Shown: positions 1-10,932, counted from the stretch's first letter. The stretch: 64,000 nucleotides of DNA from a virus (IMGVR_UViG_3300027759_000080:3874-67873), one strand, 5' to 3'. Translations and numbers: made by a program. The notes: generated by a model from the sequence alone, not told the origin.

Positions 1-27
1 ACTTTCCATGTGTTTTCTTCGCAATTA

Positions 28-50
28 AGCCCCCTAAAAAGGGCTTTTTT
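28..50 (+). terminator. Intrinsic terminator
   Basis: AAGCCC-loop-GGGCTT followed by T run. Confidence 0.75.
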
Positions 51-67
51 GTTTTTATAAAATATAG

Positions 68-75
68 TATATTTG
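68..75 (+). promoter_or_regulatory. Bacteroidota -7 promoter element TATATTTG
   Basis: Matches TAnnTTTG, 5 nt before ATG 81. Confidence 0.6.
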
Positions 76-80
76 TAACC

Positions 81-704
81 ATGACTGGTGCAGATATTAA
101 ACGCATATTTTACTCAAAATATGATGAAATTACAAATGGTGTTATAAGCAATACAAGACTTAACGACCAATTCCTTCAGGCAACAACTGAATACTTTATG
201 CCCTTACTAAGAGAGTACGGTAGAACTGGAGCGATAAATGATGAGTTAAGATGCTTACAAACAACTGTGACCGTAACAAGTCCTGCTAACTACTTAATTG
301 CATTCTCATCAATGCCATCATACCAAAGTTTAACTAGTATCGAAACTACCTACACTGAAAATGGGCAAACATATGTAAAGACGGCTATTCAATTACCGTA
401 CAACGCTATGAACAAGAGTTATAGTGACGGCAAGGTATATGCTCCTAGATATGAAATTATGGGAACTAATATAAGGATATATCCAAAAGCAGGAACTTTA
501 TCCAAGGTAGATATTGAGTATCTTACTACTCCTCCTGTTATTGACGTGACAAGTGCTACCCAGTTGACATACAGTGACCAGAACGTATCAGGAATAATAG
601 ACAAGGTAATGAGTATATACGCAGCTTCTTTAGGAGATATGGAAGCGTATAACGTAGCAGAAAGAAGCGAAATTCAGAATACTAATACACAACCTAGGAG
701 ATAA
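81..704 (+). CDS. Putative tail ring/tubular protein (crAss-like)
   Basis: 207 aa; 'IRIYP...IEYLTTP' pattern of tubular/adaptor proteins; upstream of stabilization protein. Confidence 0.55.
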   Translation: MTGADIKRIFYSKYDEITNGVISNTRLNDQFLQATTEYFMPLLREYGRTGAINDELRCLQTTVTVTSPANYLIAFSSMPSYQSLTSIETTYTENGQTYVKTAIQLPYNAMNKSYSDGKVYAPRYEIMGTNIRIYPKAGTLSKVDIEYLTTPPVIDVTSATQLTYSDQNVSGIIDKVMSIYAASLGDMEAYNVAERSEIQNTNTQPRR

Positions 705-712
705 TAAGCAAA

Positions 713-1357
713 ATGACTTTATACGAAATAACAGAAACTCTAATAAGAGCAGCAAACGGAGGTAATTTCTCCTCAGATATGAAATGGGATATTCCCTACA
801 TCGAAAGTGTAGTACATCAAGTTAGGGAGCAGGCTATAATAATTTCTTATAATGGAAATCAAGCTACAGGAGCTAATAAGACTATATCTCCAGATTGGTT
901 GCAGAAGAATACTTACACAACTTTTACTAAAGTGGATAATGAAAAAGAGCCATCTTACTTAACTACATCAGCACTACCTGTAATAAGAGTAAACTCTAAC
1001 CAAACAGGGGTAGCATACCAAGGAACAGCAGGAGCAACACAGAAATTCTACGAGGCACTTACTAAAGGACAAATCAACACTTGGTACACACAAGGATTCT
1101 TTAAAAATAATAAGAGAGTAGCTATACTAAGAACAGGTGAAAAGATGGAAATATATGGCAACACCTTACTATCTTCTATAAGCGAGGAAGCTATGTACCA
1201 AAGACCTGATTTAGTTGCTGGATGGAACTACGATACAAGCAGATACCCGATAAACGAAGGTTTAGTACCAATGATGAAGATGTTATTTGTACAACAAGTT
1301 AGACCTGAGATGATGATAGCTAAAGATTCTGTATCGGATAGAGCTGTAACTCTGTAA
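713..1357 (+). CDS. Putative tail ring/tubular protein
   Basis: 214 aa; C-terminal 'YPI..LV' pattern; tail context. Confidence 0.5.
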   Translation: MTLYEITETLIRAANGGNFSSDMKWDIPYIESVVHQVREQAIIISYNGNQATGANKTISPDWLQKNTYTTFTKVDNEKEPSYLTTSALPVIRVNSNQTGVAYQGTAGATQKFYEALTKGQINTWYTQGFFKNNKRVAILRTGEKMEIYGNTLLSSISEEAMYQRPDLVAGWNYDTSRYPINEGLVPMMKMLFVQQVRPEMMIAKDSVSDRAVTL

Positions 1358-1401
1358 AATCCTTGAGCATAATATCAAAATAAAATAGTATTTTTGTGCG
1401 T

Positions 1402-4400
1402 ATGGCACAGGACACCACAATTAACTCTTTTGAGGGCGGCTTAAATAAAGACGTAGCCCTAGTATCTTTACCCTCTAATCAATATGACGAGGCTAATGAT
1501 GTAGAATTTATATCTGATGAATTAGGTAAATTAACGACTTTAGAAGCTAAGAGAGGCACAGGACTAGCTAAGGTTACTGTTCCTAATGCTACTCCTCAAA
1601 CAATTATGTTTAGAGTAAGGACATATGCTGATACTGCACAAATATTAGGACAATACTATACCAATCAAAAGTTTGAATTTAAAGATGCTAATGGAGTTGT
1701 AGTAACAGGAGGCACAATTACAATAACAAACAGTAATCCTTATGTTACTAATTATGTTTTTGCATCAGACTTAACAACTGCTTTAGGTGGCAAGGGAACT
1801 GTTGCTGACAATGGTAATAATGATTTATTATATACAACAATTACATTAACATCTTCTAGTTACAATTCAGTAGTTAGCTGTACTCAAACTGCAACTTTAA
1901 ATGGAGTTGCCAACAACAAAATTAATGAACTTATTTTAATTAGAGAATTAATAACTACAGAAACTCAATTAGAGCCTATAGCTTATGTTAATAGTCAGAA
2001 TCTAGGCTTTGTATTAAGTGTAAGCGATGACAATACTATTACAGAAATTGGCGTAGCAGATGAAGATAACAACTGGGCTTACACAAGATTATTAAGAACA
2101 AAGAGCTTTGTAGTAAGTAAAACACAGCCTATTAAATTTATAGTAGAGCAGCAAAATGATGGAGTATATGCCCTGTACTTTACTGATAATACTATAAAAG
2201 ATAAATGTATATATGTTCCACCTGTCTTAACTCAGGATTGCTGTTTAGCATATAGTCCTACAAATATTCAAGTAGCAGGAAAGGGAATATATAATTTAGT
2301 TCAAACAAACGCACAAACTAATAGTCAATTAGTGAACAATATTGGATATGTCACTTATAAAAATACGCTACAAAGCGGTGGTGGCTTGCTTACAGGAGGA
2401 AAAAGATATGTGTGCAGGTTCGGGATAAATGGTTCTAATATAACTACTCAGTGGAGTATATTAAGCAATATTGTTCCTGTTATCTCTGCAAGTGCTGATA
2501 GTGGACTTGCATGGGTAAATACACAGGGAACACCTAACGGAATTCCTACAAGCAAACAAAATATATTAACAATTAACAATGCACAAGCAGATGTTTTTAA
2601 TTTTGTAGAATTAGGGGTAGTAAATTACGCAGGAGAAAACGCTACGTCTGGAGAATTGATAGGAAGGTTTGATGTATTGGCTGAAAGCTTTGATATTACA
2701 CACACAGGATTAGAGCAAACAACATTATTAGACGTTGTAAGCCTTATAGAGGCAGAGCCTGTCTTACTTAAGGTTAGGGATATTGAAACCAAGAAAAATA
2801 GATTAAATAGAGCTAATACTGTAACCGCTAACGAAGATGCTAAGTGGCAATCAATAGCTGAAAATGCAGTTGTTACTACTCAAAGGTTTTCAGACAGCCT
2901 AAGCAATACTGGTTTACTGCCTACATCAGGTGGCAATAGAAGATTTTATGGATACGGAGACAGCGTAGCAATGGGCATTATACCAAGTAGCGATACAAGA
3001 AATATAGAGAGAAAAATAGAATATGTCTCTCAAGTATCAGTTCCTCCGATAGTATCTCCACCTACTTATGTGTCAGGAGTTTATACTGTAACTGCTACTG
3101 ATAGCCCTTTATTACAAATAAATTTAACAGGTAAAGTAATAATAAAAACTAGCCCAACTATAATAAGTACATTTCCAGCTATTTGGGCTTACTATGACAC
3201 AACTTCTATTGTTTCTTTTAAGATAAGAAGGATAAGAGCAGGAGTTACTACTGATGTTATAAATGATGTTATTGACACAAGGTTAAGCACTCACGAATTT
3301 TTTGCATCAACAGATTTAAATAAAACTTATAATATTGAAACAAATGCTGGAGATTATATAGAATTTTGGTGGGGCGTTTATATAGGTAGTAACGAGATTG
3401 ATGTTGTAGATTTTTCATATATAAATATTAATCAGGCGGCAACAGCTTCTTCTACTCAATTTTCAGGCACACAAGTAGGAGAATATCAAATTCCATATAA
3501 CGTGGCAAACAGAGCTGGTTATATGCTATATGAGTACTACCTAACATATGTTAGATTTCATTTAAAGAATGGATATATAACAGCACCTTACCCTTTAGGA
3601 AAGTATTACATAGACAATGCTACTTATAAACGAGGATTAGTACAAATATTGCCATTAGACCCTACAATGCCATTTACAGATACAAGCACATTAGCTAGTA
3701 GAAAAGTATATAACTATGCTTTAAGCGTAGCTAATTTAGACCTTTTTTACGTTAAAGATGAATTATTAGGAGTAAGTTTTGAAAGAAGTGAGCCATTAAA
3801 TACAGTTATTGGAAGTGGTATATACCATAATGCAAGAGTAATAGATGGAGATGTTTATACTTCGGGGTATAATACTACAACAGGAGCTCCTTCAATTACT
3901 GATGCCAGAAGAAAGTTTGGTATATTTATTAGTAACGATTTAGATAACCAAGTTATAAAGTATAGCAAAGGCGATTATTTACAATTACTAGGAGTTCCAA
4001 GAACATTAGGTTCTAATGCTAATTATAAAAGTGGCAATAATAACATAGGGCTTATAAAAGAATTATTAGGAAGTGTAGAAATTGGAGGAGATGCAATGAT
4101 AGCTACTAAATGGGTTATTGAAGATAGTACAAGTGTAGACTTTAATTCGGTAGGAGATGTTATTTATAATACAACTGCAAATTTGTATTACAAACCTAGT
4201 ACCAGCATATTAAATAATGCTTATTCTAATTCTAAAGGAGTGGCGGTTTCAACAACAGGGTTTGTAAGAACTTCGGGTGGTACTAAGGAGGAAATAAATA
4301 CTTTCGTAGCGTTTTATATTAGACCTATTGATTTAAATACAGTAGATTATAAGAACTATAAGCCAGTTCCAACTGGAGAAATAGTAAGAATAACTTCATC

Positions 4401-5994
4401 AACTCCAGCTGTATTACCTGCTACTACAGTATATGGCGGAGATACTTATACTCAAAAAGTAATAAGAAAAGAGGCTGATTGGTATGTAGAGCCAAGTCCG
4501 TCAACTAAAATAGCGAGTAGTGTAATTACGTTTTATGCACAAAACAGATTAAATAGTCAATTGTTTTATACAAATACTACAGCACCAAAAGCAACATGGA
4601 ACTTGCAGGGAAGTAAAAGCTTGTATCAATACTTATTCCCATTTGCTAGTTCAAGCGAATTAGTAGATGAGCAACATAACTTTGACAAGTCTTACATAGG
4701 AGCAAATCAAGTAAATAGGATAGCCCCTTACAACCCTTTACTTCCATACCCTACAAGTAACCCAACAAGAATATATTACTCTGACGAGAAAGCTGTAGGA
4801 AGCTTGTACGATGCATACAGAAAGGTTAAACCATTAAACTTCGTAGACTTAGAATTACAGAACGGAGCTATATCAGCAATATATGATATTAGAGACGTGA
4901 TGGTAGTAATACAGCCTACATTCGTAGGAGCTATTCCTTACGCAGCCGATACTTTAATTCAGAGCGATAGCACAGCTAAAATATTAGTTGGCACTGGAAC
5001 TGTGTACAGTAATAGGGTATACCCATTATCAAGCTTTGGAACTAGCTTAAAGACAATGAGCTGTAAAGGGTACAACTCTAATGGTAACCCTCAGGTATAT
5101 TGGATGTCAGATGACTTTGCTAACTTTAATCGTTATGACTACAGTGGAGTTAAGATATTGAGTTCTGATAACAATATGAGAACTTGGTTTTTAAATAATA
5201 CAGTTAATATCAAGAACGAGTTTGATGTAAATATATACTACAACACTAAGAAGGAAGATGTAGTATTAACATCAAGAGCAGTTAAGGCTTTCCCTACATG
5301 GAATCCTGCAACAACTTACACTCCTTTTACTTATGTTTCATACGGAGCAGTAGGAAGATGGAAAAACTTTGAGCAGATTCCTTCTATATACGTTTCTAAT
5401 ACGACCAATACAAACTCTAATCCTTTTGATAATCCTGCTAATTGGGCTTATGTAGACCCTGCTAGTAGTACATTTTACAATATGTGGAGCTTAATCTTTA
5501 ACGAGAAAAGGAATAACTTCACTACATTTATGAGCCCTTTACAGAAGAGATACTTCAAGCATAATAACTTAGTTCTAACTCCTAGAGGAGTAGACGTTAA
5601 GGGTAATATCTATCAAATGGATAATGTAAATGGTAATTATTTGCAATGGTTTCCTTTAGCAGGAAATACAGACTTTAAATTAGGTAATTTTATTTTATCA
5701 ACCGTATTTAATAAGTTCGGAACAGACAGAAAAATGATTAATGTCAATTTTGAAAGAGGAGATGATGTTGCGGTACAGCCAACAACTGTAACAGCTATAA
5801 CACCAACACAAAGTGTAGATTTGCCAATTAACGAAACTAGATTAGGAGTAACTTACTACCCATCTTATTACGATAGTAATGGCGATACTCCTTACGGACA
5901 GTTCATTAAGATACTTATTAAGAAGGCTTCTTATTTGAAAATAAGGACTATAGCAATGAAATTCAAAAATAAATTCCCATTGAGGATGAAATAG
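1402..5994 (+). CDS. Tail stabilization/muzzle protein (P22 gp10-like, crAss-like)
   Basis: ~1530 aa; N-terminal 'NSFEGGLNKD', 'YGGDTY', 'TRIYYSD'; start moved to ATG 1402 because TATTTTTG (1389-1396) overlaps the GTG. Confidence 0.7.
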   Translation: MAQDTTINSFEGGLNKDVALVSLPSNQYDEANDVEFISDELGKLTTLEAKRGTGLAKVTVPNATPQTIMFRVRTYADTAQILGQYYTNQKFEFKDANGVVVTGGTITITNSNPYVTNYVFASDLTTALGGKGTVADNGNNDLLYTTITLTSSSYNSVVSCTQTATLNGVANNKINELILIRELITTETQLEPIAYVNSQNLGFVLSVSDDNTITEIGVADEDNNWAYTRLLRTKSFVVSKTQPIKFIVEQQNDGVYALYFTDNTIKDKCIYVPPVLTQDCCLAYSPTNIQVAGKGIYNLVQTNAQTNSQLVNNIGYVTYKNTLQSGGGLLTGGKRYVCRFGINGSNITTQWSILSNIVPVISASADSGLAWVNTQGTPNGIPTSKQNILTINNAQADVFNFVELGVVNYAGENATSGELIGRFDVLAESFDITHTGLEQTTLLDVVSLIEAEPVLLKVRDIETKKNRLNRANTVTANEDAKWQSIAENAVVTTQRFSDSLSNTGLLPTSGGNRRFYGYGDSVAMGIIPSSDTRNIERKIEYVSQVSVPPIVSPPTYVSGVYTVTATDSPLLQINLTGKVIIKTSPTIISTFPAIWAYYDTTSIVSFKIRRIRAGVTTDVINDVIDTRLSTHEFFASTDLNKTYNIETNAGDYIEFWWGVYIGSNEIDVVDFSYININQAATASSTQFSGTQVGEYQIPYNVANRAGYMLYEYYLTYVRFHLKNGYITAPYPLGKYYIDNATYKRGLVQILPLDPTMPFTDTSTLASRKVYNYALSVANLDLFYVKDELLGVSFERSEPLNTVIGSGIYHNARVIDGDVYTSGYNTTTGAPSITDARRKFGIFISNDLDNQVIKYSKGDYLQLLGVPRTLGSNANYKSGNNNIGLIKELLGSVEIGGDAMIATKWVIEDSTSVDFNSVGDVIYNTTANLYYKPSTSILNNAYSNSKGVAVSTTGFVRTSGGTKEEINTFVAFYIRPIDLNTVDYKNYKPVPTGEIVRITSSTPAVLPATTVYGGDTYTQKVIRKEADWYVEPSPSTKIASSVITFYAQNRLNSQLFYTNTTAPKATWNLQGSKSLYQYLFPFASSSELVDEQHNFDKSYIGANQVNRIAPYNPLLPYPTSNPTRIYYSDEKAVGSLYDAYRKVKPLNFVDLELQNGAISAIYDIRDVMVVIQPTFVGAIPYAADTLIQSDSTAKILVGTGTVYSNRVYPLSSFGTSLKTMSCKGYNSNGNPQVYWMSDDFANFNRYDYSGVKILSSDNNMRTWFLNNTVNIKNEFDVNIYYNTKKEDVVLTSRAVKAFPTWNPATTYTPFTYVSYGAVGRWKNFEQIPSIYVSNTTNTNSNPFDNPANWAYVDPASSTFYNMWSLIFNEKRNNFTTFMSPLQKRYFKHNNLVLTPRGVDVKGNIYQMDNVNGNYLQWFPLAGNTDFKLGNFILSTVFNKFGTDRKMINVNFERGDDVAVQPTTVTAITPTQSVDLPINETRLGVTYYPSYYDSNGDTPYGQFIKILIKKASYLKIRTIAMKFKNKFPLRMK

Positions 5995-6018
5995 TTGTAT
6001 AATCAACCAAAAAAAACT

Positions 6019-6026
6019 TAAATTTG
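6019..6026 (+). promoter_or_regulatory. Promoter TTG-N21-TAAATTTG
   Basis: Consensus match in intergenic gap. Confidence 0.65.
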
Positions 6027-6060
6027 CAATACTAATAATATATAAAAAAAAAATACTACA

Positions 6061-6357
6061 ATGAGAGGCGATAATAACGAATCAATACTTTTAAATACTT
6101 TCCAGAGCGCATTTGGAGCACAAGCAGGTAACTTAAACCTTACAGGAACTTCTCCTTCAGGATTAGGCTCTTGGTCTTCTTTTCAAGTAATAAGCGATAC
6201 AGCTACTATAGCATCTATCACTATGGACGGAATTGTTAATACTTCTTGGAGTGGTTTCACATTGCCAGCAGGTATGATTGTTTACGGACAAATTACAAAT
6301 ATAACTCTTTCAACAGGTTATGTAAGACTATACGGAACAAATCAAAACCCTCAATAA
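6061..6357 (+). CDS. Small virion protein, hypothetical
   Basis: 98 aa beta-rich ORF with A-rich leader. Confidence 0.6.
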   Translation: MRGDNNESILLNTFQSAFGAQAGNLNLTGTSPSGLGSWSSFQVISDTATIASITMDGIVNTSWSGFTLPAGMIVYGQITNITLSTGYVRLYGTNQNPQ

Positions 6358-7949
6358 TGTTAGGAATAGGATTAGGCATAAATAAATTAAGGTCATCAGG
6401 GCTCGCCAACTATCTCAAAGGAGCAATGGTATGGGGCTTTAAATCCAAATTTAAGTGGAGTGACACCTCTACGGATATATGGGGATTTGCTAATCCTAAT
6501 ACTATAGACCCTGAAGCACAAGCAGTATATGATAGAATTATTGCTGATGGTGGAGTGTCTAACTTGACTCGCCTAAATTATTTCGTAGTTGGTTTAAAAA
6601 CTATTTACGGTTCACTTGCAAACGTGCCAGTGTGTTACGATGCTCATTGGATTGGTTACAAATTAGGTTCAGGAACAGGTGCAACAGCAGGACAAGCAGC
6701 AGCGAAATTATATTCACTTACAGTAGCAGGTGATGCAGTACAAGCAACAGCAGCAAGTCAGCCATTGTTATTGGCACATAATGGAGCAAGTAGTGATAAT
6801 TATTGGTGGGGAAGTGGGGTTGCAGGAAATTATAATTCAACACCAAATGCAGCAGCTAATCAAATTACAGGTGATATTGAGATAATTGTAAAAGCTAATA
6901 TTAACAACGATGCAACAAATCAGGCTTTTGTAGCAAAATACCTTTCATCAAGTCAATTCTTACTTAGAAAAAATTCATCAAACTTTATTCAGTTTATTGG
7001 TTCTAAAACATCAGGTGCAGAAGATATAAACGGAACTTCAACAGCAACTATTTCAAGTGGTGTTAAATGGGTAAAAGTAACAAGGCAAGCTTCAAGTGGT
7101 AATATGTATTTTTATACCTCACCCGATGGTGTTGCTTATACTCAATTAGGGTCAATGGTTTCTACAACATCAGGAAACTTAGTAAATGGAACAGACCCTA
7201 TAAATGTGGGAGTTTTTAGTACAACGGGTAACCCGTATTTAGGGGGAATTTACAGACTTACAATAGCAAACTCAATCGGTGGCACACCTGTAGTAGACTT
7301 CAATCCTGCAACATACAACGCAAGTACAAGTCAAACTGCTTGGACAAGTGCAACAGGTGAAGTTTGGACAATTAATACAGGAACAGCAACGACAGGGTAT
7401 AAAGGTGTATTGGTTGATAGAACGATAGTAATGTACGATAGAACTGATGACAATTTATTAGCATCAAACAATGCAACATTAAATACAGTATTAGGTACAG
7501 ACCATTCTTCAGTTTTAGTAGCTACAAGATACACAACAACAAACAATGAATTTTTAATTGAAGTGGGTGGTGATTATACTGATATAAATTCAACTCAATG
7601 GTGGTTAAGTGGTGGCTTACTTATTTTAATAAGAACTAATAAAGGAATAACTGCAGCAAATGCAAACACAACAAATAATTATGCACTTGCAAAATCATTT
7701 AGTTATGCAGATTCAGTAGTATTTGGTGGAACTTCAATACAATTAATTAATGCAAGTTCTAATAGTGGTTCTTATTGGAATAATACAACAAATAAACCAA
7801 TACCAAATACAGGTTTATTATTAGGAAAATCGGCAGGTATTGGAAATTTTAACGGAATAATAAGCACAATAATAATTGGTAATGACCCTGCAAAATATTT
7901 ACTTACTAAAGAATTAGCAAGAAGTTTAAACAATAATTTTGCACTATAA
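6357..7949 (+). CDS. Tail-associated protein with LamG/ConA-like region
   Basis: True start likely ATG 6357 (TAATG coupling; MLGIGLGI); G/S/T/N-rich, 'WVKVTR...YFYTS' pattern. Confidence 0.55.
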   Translation: MLGIGLGINKLRSSGLANYLKGAMVWGFKSKFKWSDTSTDIWGFANPNTIDPEAQAVYDRIIADGGVSNLTRLNYFVVGLKTIYGSLANVPVCYDAHWIGYKLGSGTGATAGQAAAKLYSLTVAGDAVQATAASQPLLLAHNGASSDNYWWGSGVAGNYNSTPNAAANQITGDIEIIVKANINNDATNQAFVAKYLSSSQFLLRKNSSNFIQFIGSKTSGAEDINGTSTATISSGVKWVKVTRQASSGNMYFYTSPDGVAYTQLGSMVSTTSGNLVNGTDPINVGVFSTTGNPYLGGIYRLTIANSIGGTPVVDFNPATYNASTSQTAWTSATGEVWTINTGTATTGYKGVLVDRTIVMYDRTDDNLLASNNATLNTVLGTDHSSVLVATRYTTTNNEFLIEVGGDYTDINSTQWWLSGGLLILIRTNKGITAANANTTNNYALAKSFSYADSVVFGGTSIQLINASSNSGSYWNNTTNKPIPNTGLLLGKSAGIGNFNGIISTIIIGNDPAKYLLTKELARSLNNNFAL

Positions 7950-7951
7950 TA

Positions 7952-8212
7952 ATGGAAAAAACTTTACTATACCCACGATTCTATAAATGCTTAACACTTG
8001 CTGAATTTAAAGAATTAGATGACAAATGTTGCAAGTTATTAGGATTGCCTAATGATGAAGCAACTAATGATTACGCAAATCCAATAGTTGACGTTGATGG
8101 TAAAAACTGGCTAATTGTAAATCAAGACACGAGTAGCTTGTTTAGTAAAAAAGAAATAGCTGAAATGATTCAGTATGATGAAATAATTTTACCAAGTAAT
8201 AATGCATTATGA
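7952..8212 (+). CDS. Hypothetical protein
   Basis: 86 aa ORF in operon. Confidence 0.6.
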   Translation: MEKTLLYPRFYKCLTLAEFKELDDKCCKLLGLPNDEATNDYANPIVDVDGKNWLIVNQDTSSLFSKKEIAEMIQYDEIILPSNNAL

Positions 8213-9054
8213 GTAAAGAAGAGCGTATAATTTGTGTGTATAAAATCACAAGCCCTAGCGGTAAGATTTACATAGGCAGTTCAATTAATTACAAGAAAAG
8301 ATTGACTCAATATAGAGGTGTGTCTTCTAAAAGCCAAACAATATTATATAATTCTTTTTTAAAATATGGAATAGAAAATCATATATTTGAAATAGTTGAA
8401 AATTGTACGAAAGAAAATTTATTAGAAAAAGAGTATTATTATGGTTGTCTATATGATGTTATAGGTGTCAATGGTATGAATTGCAAGCTTCCTAAGTTTG
8501 GAGATAAATATCAAGCAACAAGACAAGAAACAGTTGAAAAAATGAGGCAATGGAAGCCTACTGGAGAAACTATACAGAATATGAAGAACGCTCAACAAAA
8601 AAGAGCTAAAGAAAGTAAAGTATCGGAAGAAACAAAACAAAAACTTAGAAATGCTAATTTAGGGAAAAAAGCTTCGGAAGAAACTAAACTGAAAATGAGC
8701 ATTAAAGGTAAAGGAAGAATAGTATCTGATGAAACTAAATTAAAAATGAAGGCATGGAAAAGAAAGCCTTTATCTGAAGAGCATAAAAATAAAATTAGTA
8801 TTGCAAATGTTGGTCGAAAAATGTTAGAAAGCACTAAAATAGCTGTAATAGCTGCTAACACTGGAAGACCATGCTCTCAAAAAACAAAAGAAAGTGTTTC
8901 TAAAGCAAAGAGCAAAATAATATTTAACCACATAAATGGAATATATTATAATTCTATAAAAGAGGCTTCTAAAATATATAATATAAAACGCACAACATTA
9001 ACAGCAATGTTAGTAGGGCAAAATAAAAATAAAACTAATTTAATATACGCATAA
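8209..9054 (+). CDS. GIY-YIG homing endonuclease with NUMOD3 repeats
   Basis: 'CVYKITSPSGKIYIGSS' and repeated 'SEETKxK' motifs. Confidence 0.9.
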   Translation: MSKEERIICVYKITSPSGKIYIGSSINYKKRLTQYRGVSSKSQTILYNSFLKYGIENHIFEIVENCTKENLLEKEYYYGCLYDVIGVNGMNCKLPKFGDKYQATRQETVEKMRQWKPTGETIQNMKNAQQKRAKESKVSEETKQKLRNANLGKKASEETKLKMSIKGKGRIVSDETKLKMKAWKRKPLSEEHKNKISIANVGRKMLESTKIAVIAANTGRPCSQKTKESVSKAKSKIIFNHINGIYYNSIKEASKIYNIKRTTLTAMLVGQNKNKTNLIYA

Positions 9055-9056
9055 AT

Positions 9057-10028
9057 ATGAACATTTATAATCAAAATATAGGGCAAAATTATCGTGGGAT
9101 ACTTAACCTCGATGCGACAACAATTAACACACCACTTGATGCTACACTTCGTGCAGTAACTGATGGAATGGGTACTTCTTCTTTGCTTCAACTAAGCACA
9201 GAGGCAGTAGGCTTATCAAGAACTGTTAACTTAGCAGCAGGAGCAACTACGCCAAGACTATTTAACGTAGCATATACTATTAATAACAGCGGTGCTCAAA
9301 CAGGTACTTTAACAGGATTATTCTTAAATGCAACCGAAACGGCATTAAATGGAATTATTCATAATTTAATAGATTTGCAAGTTGGTGGGGTTAGTAAGTT
9401 TAATGTATTAAAAGCCCAAACAAGAATAGGCACTTATATAGCAATTGACCACGATAATAATAGAATAAGTAATTGGCAAGGCGGTTCAACTCCTATTGAA
9501 ATTTGGAATAATAATTTTTCAACTAAAAATATTGGTTTTTCTAACGGAGTAGGAAATTATTATACAGTATTATTTCAAAGATTACAATTAGAAGGAGTTA
9601 CAAGTTCTTTTCCAATGATTAAACGCAACGGTGCGGCAATTGATTTTAGGTTGGCTGATGATAGCGGATATTGTGCGGTTAATGTTGGAACATTAACTAC
9701 AAACGGAATTGCAAATATTAATACTGCAAGAATGTTTAATATAAATGATTCAAACAATTTTGTAACTGCATTAAATATTGCCGCTTCAACGGGAAACTTA
9801 TCCTTTTTTACCTCTTCATTATTTGCCGCAAGTGGAACAATAAACGCAAGTGCAAGAGTGCAAATAGATAGCACAACACAAGGCTTTTTAATGCCACGAA
9901 TGACCGAAGCGCAAATATTAGCAATAGCAGCACCAGCCAACGGCTTAATGGTTTATAATACTAATCAGTTAGCACCTTGTTTTTATGACGGTACGGGCTG
10001 GAAAAGAGTAGTACATTTAGCAATGTAA
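9057..10028 (+). CDS. Tail fibre-like protein
   Basis: C-terminal 'DSTTQGFLMPRMT...GLMVYNT...YDGTGW' motif. Confidence 0.6.
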   Translation: MNIYNQNIGQNYRGILNLDATTINTPLDATLRAVTDGMGTSSLLQLSTEAVGLSRTVNLAAGATTPRLFNVAYTINNSGAQTGTLTGLFLNATETALNGIIHNLIDLQVGGVSKFNVLKAQTRIGTYIAIDHDNNRISNWQGGSTPIEIWNNNFSTKNIGFSNGVGNYYTVLFQRLQLEGVTSSFPMIKRNGAAIDFRLADDSGYCAVNVGTLTTNGIANINTARMFNINDSNNFVTALNIAASTGNLSFFTSSLFAASGTINASARVQIDSTTQGFLMPRMTEAQILAIAAPANGLMVYNTNQLAPCFYDGTGWKRVVHLAM

Positions 10029-10051
10029 ATAATAATTAAATAAAAAATAAA

Positions 10052-10351
10052 ATGATAAAATTAAATCAAGCAAGTTTCATAGCTACAAGTAATGAAACAC
10101 AGACAAGTACGAAAGTAAGTTTACTAACTGTAAATTACAATGCTTTTTTAGGCACAAAAGAAGTTGATGGTGTAATTGTAAATCAAGGGTACATCCAATC
10201 ATTTGTTTATAACGAAACAATGAATTCAATAATGAATGATGTTCAAGAAGATACATTATTTATTGGAAATATTTTAGCAGATTTACACGATATGTATATC
10301 AGTAAGTTGCAAATATTAAATCCAAGTATTACTTTTACAAGCACATTATAA
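10052..10351 (+). CDS. Hypothetical protein
   Basis: 99 aa ORF. Confidence 0.55.
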   Translation: MIKLNQASFIATSNETQTSTKVSLLTVNYNAFLGTKEVDGVIVNQGYIQSFVYNETMNSIMNDVQEDTLFIGNILADLHDMYISKLQILNPSITFTSTL

Positions 10352-10356
10352 AAATT

Positions 10357-10509
10357 ATGATTACATTAAGCGAAGAAAAACTGAAAGAATTGGATATGTT
10401 TATCCAAGAGCTGCCAACTAAATTTGGTTTACCGTTATTGCAATTTATTAATAAAATAATTGAAGAGCAAAAACCCAAAGACGTAGAAGAGGCGGAAGTA
10501 GTAAACTAA
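10357..10509 (+). CDS. Small hypothetical protein (50 aa), not in ORF track
   Basis: MITLSEEKLKELDMFIQELPTKFG...; fills gap before terminator. Confidence 0.55.
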   Translation: MITLSEEKLKELDMFIQELPTKFGLPLLQFINKIIEEQKPKDVEEAEVVN

Positions 10510-10516
10510 TTAATAG

Positions 10517-10543
10517 AAAAAGGGGGTTAATAGCCCTTTTTTT
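10517..10543 (+). terminator. Intrinsic terminator
   Basis: AAAAAGGG...CCCTTTTTTT. Confidence 0.7.
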
Positions 10544-10563
10544 ACTATTTTAAAATTTAACCA

Positions 10564-10932
10564 ATGAAAGAAATATTTCAAAAATACTCACTACCGTTAG
10601 CTGCATATTTTATCAGCTATTTCAGCCCAGCTTTTCCTATGATGTTGGCTATAGGTTTTATTTTAATTGCAGATTTTGTAACAGGAATATTGGCAGCTCA
10701 AAAAAGAGGAGAAGAAATATTAAGCAAAAAGATGCGACCAACAGTTACTAAAGGAATAGGTTACATGATAGCTATTTTAGTGGCTCATGTATTCCAAAAG
10801 AATTTCTTAGTTGACATAGAGGTACTAAAGATAGTAAGTGGATTAATAGCTTTTATTGAAGTTAAGAGTTTAGACGAAAATTTTAGAGATATTACAGGTA
10901 AGAGTTTGTTTAAACAATTTTTAAAGAAGTAG
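10564..10932 (+). CDS. Holin
   Basis: TM segments, 'DFVTGI', 'EVKSLDEN'; upstream of lysozyme. Confidence 0.8.
   Translation: MKEIFQKYSLPLAAYFISYFSPAFPMMLAIGFILIADFVTGILAAQKRGEEILSKKMRPTVTKGIGYMIAILVAHVFQKNFLVDIEVLKIVSGLIAFIEVKSLDENFRDITGKSLFKQFLKK

Noticed and set aside
6246-6356. TTG-start extension of the 567-aa ORF
   Set aside because: Overlaps the upstream gene; TAATG coupling favours ATG 6357
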